Positions 58,198 through 64,000 of a stretch of DNA of 64,000 bases are shown here, one piece after another (positions within the stretch are counted from its first letter, which is position 1; every line of letters begins with the position of its first letter). Position numbers and translations under genes: made by a program. Origin of the DNA: a bacterium (GTDB lineage Bacteria > Patescibacteriota > Minisyncoccia > Phycocordibacterales > Zambryskibacteraceae); contig JAHFOF010000001.1 of the NCBI GenBank assembly GCA_023266935.1, forward strand, positions 27-64,026, written 5' to 3'. The notes beneath the pieces were generated by a model. It was not told the origin of the DNA. It worked only from the letters and a program-made list of their open reading frames with translations, and did no database searches.

Positions 58198-60343
58198 TAT
58201 GAAAAAATTCTTCTCACATACAATTACTTTCCTCCTCTTCTTCTCTATGATTTTCGGAGCAAGTGGAATTCTCTATCACTCAAGTATCCATGCGCAAACA
58301 CTACCAATAGTTACTGGTGCTGCAGCCACTATAGGCGCAAAAGTAGCGACATCTGGAGATGGTGTTCTGACAAAATTTTTAGGCGATGTTGTCGCAACAT
58401 TTATTGCTCCTATTGCACTCTTTGTCCTTAAACTTGTTTCTCTAATCACTGCACTTTCAGGAATAATTTTAAACTATGTCGTCAAATACACCGTTGTAGA
58501 TGTAGCAAAAAATTATGGAGATATAAAAACCATAGACATCGCTTGGACAACGGTTCGTGATGTGGCAAACATGGGTTTTATTTTTGTTCTTCTCTACGCT
58601 TCAATCGAACTAATTTTAGGAATTGGAAAAGATACTAGAAAATTGATTGTGAGTATGATTATTGCCGCTCTTTTAATCAACTTTAGTTTATTCTTTACAA
58701 AAGTAGTCATAGACTCATCAAATATACTCGCCATTACTTTCTATAATGCTATCGTCCCCGGAGGAACAGCGGGAGACGGTGGAGTATTAAATGCAGGACT
58801 TTCGAATGCATTGATGGAACCATTAAACCTTGCTTCCATTTTCAAAGCACCTGGTAGTCTTGACCTATCAAACGCAACAAATCTCGCAACCATCGGGGTT
58901 ATGGGGTCAATCGTCGCTCTGATTGCTGCCTTTGTCTTTTTCTCCATCGCTTTGATGTTTGTTATTCGATATGTGGTACTGATTCTTGTTCTCATACTTT
59001 CGCCGATTGCTTTTGTTTCAGGAATTATCCCTGGACTCGATGGAGCAGCAAAACAATGGAAAGAGGCTTTGTTCAATCAAGCATTCTTCGCTCCTGTTTA
59101 TATGTTGTTAACTTGGATTACTATAATAATTTTCCAGGGGTTACCCCCAAGCACAGGTTCCTTCTCTTCTGCACTTACAGCAACAGGAGGAAGTGCCAGC
59201 ACATACACGTCAAGCACCATGGGAATTTTGTTTAATTTTGTTGTAGTGATTGTCTTCCTAATAGCTACACTTCTCATTTCAAAAAACATGGCTAACAAAG
59301 CTGGCCCAGCAGTGAGCAAGCTTACTGGTGCTGCACTTGGGTTTGCTGGTGGTGCGACACTTGGCCTTGCTGCATCAGCTGGTCGAAGGACGATTGGTGG
59401 ATTTGGTGCCGCTGTGGCAAGTAGTGAGGGATTGAAAAAAGCAGAAGCACAGGGAGGTGTAAAGGGAATGGCTGCTCGTTTGAGCTTGATGGCCGGACAA
59501 AAAACAGCAAAACAGAGTTTTGATTTTAGAGGCACCGACTTGGGTGGTACTTTAGGTGCCGGCAAAGCAGGAGGTAAGGATGGCTATAATGAGATGGTTA
59601 AACAACAAGCAAAAAAGAAAGAGGAGTTTGCAAAATCTCTTGCCCCTTCGGATATTGTTGTTGACAGAGCAAAGCAAAATTTGGAAAAGGCCAAGGGTAC
59701 TCCAAACGAAGCCGCGGCTCAAGCTGAAGTTTGGAGACTTGAAGGAAATAAAAAAACGATTGAAGAAAATACTAAAAAAGAAGAGGAAAATAAGAAAAAA
59801 GAGATAGCCAAGATTAGAGAGGATGTTGTTTTAAAGGAAACACTAGAGAATGAAAAAACCCTTCGAGACCTGACGGCCAAACTATCTGTCGATATGCAAA
59901 GTGCGTCTGGGTCTGACAAAGATACAGCCCGAACTAAATTAAATGCGGCGGAACAACAACTCGAATCTGCAAAAGCAAAAACTGCTGAAGAAAGAACTCG
60001 TGTTGAAGAAAAAGTGAAGAAAGTAGAAAAAACATCTGAAGAAAGGGTTAAAGGGATTAAAGAGGGTGAAATCAAAGGTTTAGGAGAAATCAGATCTAAA
60101 GCGAGAGCAGAAGCTATATCTAACCCAGGTCCTGTCAGCCTTGATCGAGTATTTCTTGTTGGAAAAGTTAAGCGTGCCTCTCTTCAAGCGGCAGCCAACA
60201 TAAGAAAGGATAAAAAGGATGCCAAGAAACTGATGGAAGAGGTGCTAAAAACGACTGGCGAACTGAAAGAAGAAAAACCAGAAAAAGAATCTACAAGCTC
60301 AGAAACTCCACCAAAAGAAGCTGAGAAAAAATCTACTTCATAA
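58169..60343 (+). CDS. VirB6/TrbL-like polytopic membrane protein with long K/E/A-rich C-terminal tail
   Basis: ~6 TM helices in the first 400 aa, then a ~300-aa low-complexity coiled-coil. Confidence 0.55.
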   Translation: MIILSISPTSMKKFFSHTITFLLFFSMIFGASGILYHSSIHAQTLPIVTGAAATIGAKVATSGDGVLTKFLGDVVATFIAPIALFVLKLVSLITALSGIILNYVVKYTVVDVAKNYGDIKTIDIAWTTVRDVANMGFIFVLLYASIELILGIGKDTRKLIVSMIIAALLINFSLFFTKVVIDSSNILAITFYNAIVPGGTAGDGGVLNAGLSNALMEPLNLASIFKAPGSLDLSNATNLATIGVMGSIVALIAAFVFFSIALMFVIRYVVLILVLILSPIAFVSGIIPGLDGAAKQWKEALFNQAFFAPVYMLLTWITIIIFQGLPPSTGSFSSALTATGGSASTYTSSTMGILFNFVVVIVFLIATLLISKNMANKAGPAVSKLTGAALGFAGGATLGLAASAGRRTIGGFGAAVASSEGLKKAEAQGGVKGMAARLSLMAGQKTAKQSFDFRGTDLGGTLGAGKAGGKDGYNEMVKQQAKKKEEFAKSLAPSDIVVDRAKQNLEKAKGTPNEAAAQAEVWRLEGNKKTIEENTKKEEENKKKEIAKIREDVVLKETLENEKTLRDLTAKLSVDMQSASGSDKDTARTKLNAAEQQLESAKAKTAEERTRVEEKVKKVEKTSEERVKGIKEGEIKGLGEIRSKARAEAISNPGPVSLDRVFLVGKVKRASLQAAANIRKDKKDAKKLMEEVLKTTGELKEEKPEKESTSSETPPKEAEKKSTS

Positions 60344-60348
60344 AATTT

Positions 60349-60957
60349 ATGGAAGATATAAAAATACTAGAACAACAAATATTAGACTCTCCTGAGCAAA
60401 TTAGAAAATTTGTTATGGAAAAAAAATGGGTTCCCATAGTTGAAGATATCTCTAAAAAAAATAATTTTTCCCTTGAACAAAAAGCTGCTTTAGAAAACGA
60501 AACCATATTTGTGCTCGTTGGATTAGATTTGCTAGATAACTTAGAAAAGAATCTCCTTGAATCTTTGGGAATTGAACTAGTTTTAGTTAAAGTGATAGTA
60601 GCTGAATTGAATGAAAGAATCTTTTTTGAAATAAAATCATTTCTTCCAACCGAAATAGAAGAGGTTCTGCCCCAGACTGAACAGCAAAAATCTACTTCAA
60701 ACTCCATCTCTGACTTTCAAAGTCTTCCTTCAGTTAAAACCACCGAACTTGAAGTTCTTCCACAAATGAGTGTGGTACCGGAGGGCAAGGTAATGGACCA
60801 CCTTCCGCCCATAACACCAACCCAACCAAAAGTCACCGCCTCTGGCGGGACCCCGCAAAATGCGGTGGCTCCTACTCCAGAAACAATCGTTCCTTTCAAA
60901 CCAATCATCACGGGGTACGACAAGGGTAAAGACCCTTATCGTGAGCCAATCGAGTAG
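60349..60957 (+). CDS. hypothetical protein
   Basis: ORF within the cluster. Confidence 0.4.
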   Translation: MEDIKILEQQILDSPEQIRKFVMEKKWVPIVEDISKKNNFSLEQKAALENETIFVLVGLDLLDNLEKNLLESLGIELVLVKVIVAELNERIFFEIKSFLPTEIEEVLPQTEQQKSTSNSISDFQSLPSVKTTELEVLPQMSVVPEGKVMDHLPPITPTQPKVTASGGTPQNAVAPTPETIVPFKPIITGYDKGKDPYREPIE

Positions 60958-60980
60958 ATTCTGGTGTAGAATAAATACTA

Positions 60981-61406
60981 ATGCGATTCCAAGTTCCTCA
61001 ATTTATAGAGGTTGAAGACAAACTATTCGGACCTTTAACCTTCAAACAATTTATTTATGTCGCCGGGGCGATCGGCCTATCTGTTATCTTTTTTATCCTT
61101 TTGCCCACCTTTGTGGCTATCCTATTGTCTATTCCTGTCCTTATATTTGGAGCGGCACTTTCGTTTTTTAGAGTGAACGAGCGACCTTTTATACAAGTCG
61201 TCGAGGATTTCTTCCACTACACCCTTTCTTCCAAGCTTTATGTTTGGAAAAAAGAAGAAAAACAGCCAGAAACAAAAGTGGTTGAGCCTGGTCAACCAAC
61301 ACCTCAGATTTATGTGCCCAAACTATCTGAATCCAAACTTAAAGATTTGTCTTGGAGTTTAGATATAAAAGAAAATCAGAATCCGATAACCAAAGACACT
61401 GTATAA
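60981..61406 (+). CDS. VirB3/PrgI-like small membrane protein
   Basis: Two-TM hairpin immediately upstream of the VirB4-like ATPase. Confidence 0.5.
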   Translation: MRFQVPQFIEVEDKLFGPLTFKQFIYVAGAIGLSVIFFILLPTFVAILLSIPVLIFGAALSFFRVNERPFIQVVEDFFHYTLSSKLYVWKKEEKQPETKVVEPGQPTPQIYVPKLSESKLKDLSWSLDIKENQNPITKDTV

Positions 61407-61413
61407 TACACAC

Positions 61414-62055
61414 ATGGCTTCGAGCAAAAATTCAACTCAACAATTTGTTCCTATAAAAGAGGTCCGTGAAGGCATCCTTATGTTAAAAGACGGGGGAATG
61501 CGTGGAGTACTACTCGCTTCTTCCCTAAATTTTTCCTTAAAATCAGAAGATGAGAAGAATGCGATTATCTTTCAGTTCCAAGATTTTCTAAACTCCCTAG
61601 ATTTTTCTGTCCAAATCGTTATCCAGTCAAGAAAGCTCGACATCCGTCCGTACATCGCCCTCCTCGAAGAGCAAGAGAAAAAACAAATGAATGATTTGAT
61701 GAAGATTCAAACCAAAGAATACATAGAATTCATAAAAAGTTTTACCGAGACGACAAATATTATGACTAAAAACTTTTTTATCGTTGTTCCTTATTCCCCA
61801 GTTAGTCTTTCGGTAGGGAAGGTTCCTGGGATAGGTAACATTTTTGCCAATAAAACCAAGAAAGAAGAGGTCGCGGCAAACGAAGCCACTTTCGAAGAAA
61901 ATCGAACTCAATTAGAAGAAAGGATGAGTGTAGTAGAGCAGGGCCTTATTCGTACAGGCATTAGAGTCGCCAGGTTGGGCACAGAAGAGGTGATAGAGTT
62001 GTTCTACAAAGCCTTTAATCCGGGAGAAACAGAAAAACCCCTTAAAGCAAAATGA
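61414..62055 (+). CDS. hypothetical protein, VirB4 N-terminal-domain-like
   Basis: FVPIKEVREGILMLKDGGMRGVLL... parallels the N-terminus of the 627-aa ATPase (ILPQEIFEAGVLELKD...). Confidence 0.4.
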   Translation: MASSKNSTQQFVPIKEVREGILMLKDGGMRGVLLASSLNFSLKSEDEKNAIIFQFQDFLNSLDFSVQIVIQSRKLDIRPYIALLEEQEKKQMNDLMKIQTKEYIEFIKSFTETTNIMTKNFFIVVPYSPVSLSVGKVPGIGNIFANKTKKEEVAANEATFEENRTQLEERMSVVEQGLIRTGIRVARLGTEEVIELFYKAFNPGETEKPLKAK

Positions 62056-62079
62056 TTCGACAAGCTCACCATAAATAAT

Positions 62080-63963
62080 ATGAGTATATTTGATAAATTA
62101 TTAGGAAGGGAAGAGAAGAAACCAGACATCGCTTCTATCTTGCCCCAAGAAATATTCGAAGCGGGTGTTTTGGAGTTGAAAGACATTATCGCCCCGAGCG
62201 CCTTGTCCGTTTCTCCAAAAGAAATCAACCTTGGAGAAAAGGTTCTCCGCAGTTTCTTCGTCATTTCTTATCCGAGGTTTCTTTCTGAGAGTTGGTTTGC
62301 TCCGATTATTAATATGGATAAAGTTTTTGATGTTTCTATCTTCGTCCACCCAGTTGAAACTTCAAAAGTCCTTAGACAATTTCAAAAAAAGGTTGCCGAA
62401 GTTCAAAGCCAAATTCACACCAGAGAAGAAAAAGGCCTCGTACGTGATCCGATGCTCGATGTAGCCTATCAAGATCTCGAAAATCTTCGTGATCAACTTC
62501 AACAAGCTCAGGAAAAACTTTTTGATGTTGGTTTATACATCACTATCTATGCAGATAACGACGCTGAATTAGACAAAGTAGAAACGGAAATAAAATCAAT
62601 CCTCGATGCGAAGTTGGTTTATATCAAACCGGCCCTCTTTCAACAAGAACAAGGTTTTCAAAGCACTCTTCCTCTCGGAAACGATCTCCTCGAGGTTCAT
62701 TCAAAACTAAATTCATCGCCCCTCTCATCACTCTTCCCATTTACTTCATTCGACCTCACTAGTGATAAGGGAATTCTATACGGTATAAATAGACACAACT
62801 CGTCTCTGGTTCTCTTCGATCGATTCTCTCTAGAAAACTACAACTCAGTGATGTTTGCCAAGGCGGGTGCAGGAAAATCTTATGCCACCAAACTCGAAAT
62901 TCTCCGCACACTAATGTTTGATACAGATGTTATCGTGATAGACCCAGAAAGAGAATATGAATATATGGCCGAGGCCACGGGTGGAAGGTATTTTAAAATT
63001 TCTCTTAACTCTGAACATCACATCAATCCATTTGACCTCGCCCCTCCCGCAGAAGGGGAATCGGCCGCAAATGTCCTCCGTTCAAACATCATTAACCTCG
63101 TAGGTCTTTTCCGTTTGATGATGGGAGGATTAACGGCAGAAGAAGATGCAATTATCGACCGAGCCATCACCGAGACATATGCCCTGAAAGACATCACTGC
63201 TGATTCTGATTTTAAAACGATTGAACCACCTTTGATGTCAGACTTTGAACTCGTGCTCTCTGGACTCGAGGGTGGAGAATCTTTGGCTCAAAGATTAACT
63301 AAGTACACAAAGGGAACTTGGGCTGGTTTTATAAACAAACCAACAAATGTAGATATAAACAGAAAATTTATTGTCTTCTCTCTTCGAGACATGGAAGATG
63401 AATTGAAACCTATCGCAATGTACATCGTCACTCACTATATTTGGAATGCTATAAGAAAGGAGCTGAAAAAAAGATTGCTCGTGATAGATGAAGCTTGGTG
63501 GATGATGAAAACAGACGACACGGCGTCTTTTTTAATGGGTCTAGTTAAACGCGGGAGAAAATACTACCTCGGAGTAGCCACAATAACCCAAGATGTGAAC
63601 GACTTCTTAAAATCTCCGTATGGATTACCAATTATCACAAACTCTTCGATTCAAATACTCCTCAAACAATCTCCGACAATTATAGATAGCCTACAAAAAA
63701 CTTTTAACCTCACGGATGAAGAAAAATACCTCCTCCTCGAATCAGATGTGGGGGAGGGAATATTCTTCGCTGGATTAAAACATGTGGCTATTAAGAACAT
63801 CGCTTCATACACCGAAGACCAAATCATCACCTCCGATCCATCCCAAGTACTCGCGATGAAAAAAGCTCGTCAAGAGCTTGAAGCAGAAAAAGAAGTGCCC
63901 GCTGTGCCTCCTAATCCGATAAATAATGCCGAACCAAACCCAACAACCACAACAGGGCAGTAG
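62080..63963 (+). CDS. VirB4/TraE-family type IV secretion ATPase
   Basis: Walker A AKAGAGKSYAT; Walker B LLVIDEAWWMM (DEAW); 627 aa. Confidence 0.8.
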   Translation: MSIFDKLLGREEKKPDIASILPQEIFEAGVLELKDIIAPSALSVSPKEINLGEKVLRSFFVISYPRFLSESWFAPIINMDKVFDVSIFVHPVETSKVLRQFQKKVAEVQSQIHTREEKGLVRDPMLDVAYQDLENLRDQLQQAQEKLFDVGLYITIYADNDAELDKVETEIKSILDAKLVYIKPALFQQEQGFQSTLPLGNDLLEVHSKLNSSPLSSLFPFTSFDLTSDKGILYGINRHNSSLVLFDRFSLENYNSVMFAKAGAGKSYATKLEILRTLMFDTDVIVIDPEREYEYMAEATGGRYFKISLNSEHHINPFDLAPPAEGESAANVLRSNIINLVGLFRLMMGGLTAEEDAIIDRAITETYALKDITADSDFKTIEPPLMSDFELVLSGLEGGESLAQRLTKYTKGTWAGFINKPTNVDINRKFIVFSLRDMEDELKPIAMYIVTHYIWNAIRKELKKRLLVIDEAWWMMKTDDTASFLMGLVKRGRKYYLGVATITQDVNDFLKSPYGLPIITNSSIQILLKQSPTIIDSLQKTFNLTDEEKYLLLESDVGEGIFFAGLKHVAIKNIASYTEDQIITSDPSQVLAMKKARQELEAEKEVPAVPPNPINNAEPNPTTTTGQ

Positions 63964-64000
63964 GATTAGTAATACAGAATGGGGTTTGGTCATAGGGGCC

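Noticed and set aside
1-64000. CRISPR arrays, insertion sequences, transposases or integrases
   Set aside because: No direct-repeat/spacer periodicity was found anywhere. No transposase or integrase-like ORFs were found, except xerC/D, whose chromosomal context (nusA, rpsO) indicates the housekeeping dimer-resolution recombinase. The GC-rich insertions lack flanking inverted or direct repeats that I could detect by eye.

Overview
AT-rich (~40% GC) bacterial window with compact gene packing. Native genes mostly lack Shine-Dalgarno sequences, and ribosomal protein L30 is absent from the spc operon; both are consistent with a Patescibacteria/CPR-type genome (inference). Positions 1-24400 are almost entirely minus-strand. 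They carry a str/S10/spc ribosomal super-operon (rpsL, rpsG, fusA, tuf, rpsJ, rplC, rplD, rplW, rplB ... rpsS to rplO, then secY, adk, map, ndk) interrupted by several unusual insertions. (1) A retropepsin-like aspartic protease plus a small partner lie between rpsG and fusA. (2) Two hypothetical genes and a promoter/terminator-bounded, GC-rich ~400-nt non-coding RNA lie between fusA and tuf. (3) A ~4.8-kb block lies between rplB and rpsS. It holds rplJ-rplL, a winged-helix protein, a membrane protein with conserved TM-helix repeats, and a two-gene GC-rich (~58%) cassette that has strong Shine-Dalgarno sites and a duplicated promoter/operator. A conserved ~26-nt element of the form TAG-TTCGA-N4-CTCACTATAAATAA(A)-ATG links the stop codon of one gene to the start codon of the next at seven ribosomal-protein junctions. 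The clearest mobile/diversifying system is a complete diversity-generating retroelement (DGR) at 27.6-30.4 kb. It comprises an RT with the GNLTSQ and YADD motifs, a 113-bp TR/VR pair with 21 adenine-specific substitutions, a GC-rich target gene whose last ~40 codons carry the VR, a VR-flanking GC hairpin, an Avd-like four-helix-bundle gene on the opposite strand, a 9-C homopolymer tract, and an RNase HI gene translationally coupled to the RT. The remainder holds housekeeping genes (recJ, pgk, tpiA, xth, cca, hup, rny, clpP, tig, nusA, xerC/D, rpsO, pcrA, rsmA), five tRNAs, a split comEC with a SOD-like gene nested between its parts, and a VirB3/VirB4/VirB6 type-IV-secretion-like cluster at the 3' end.
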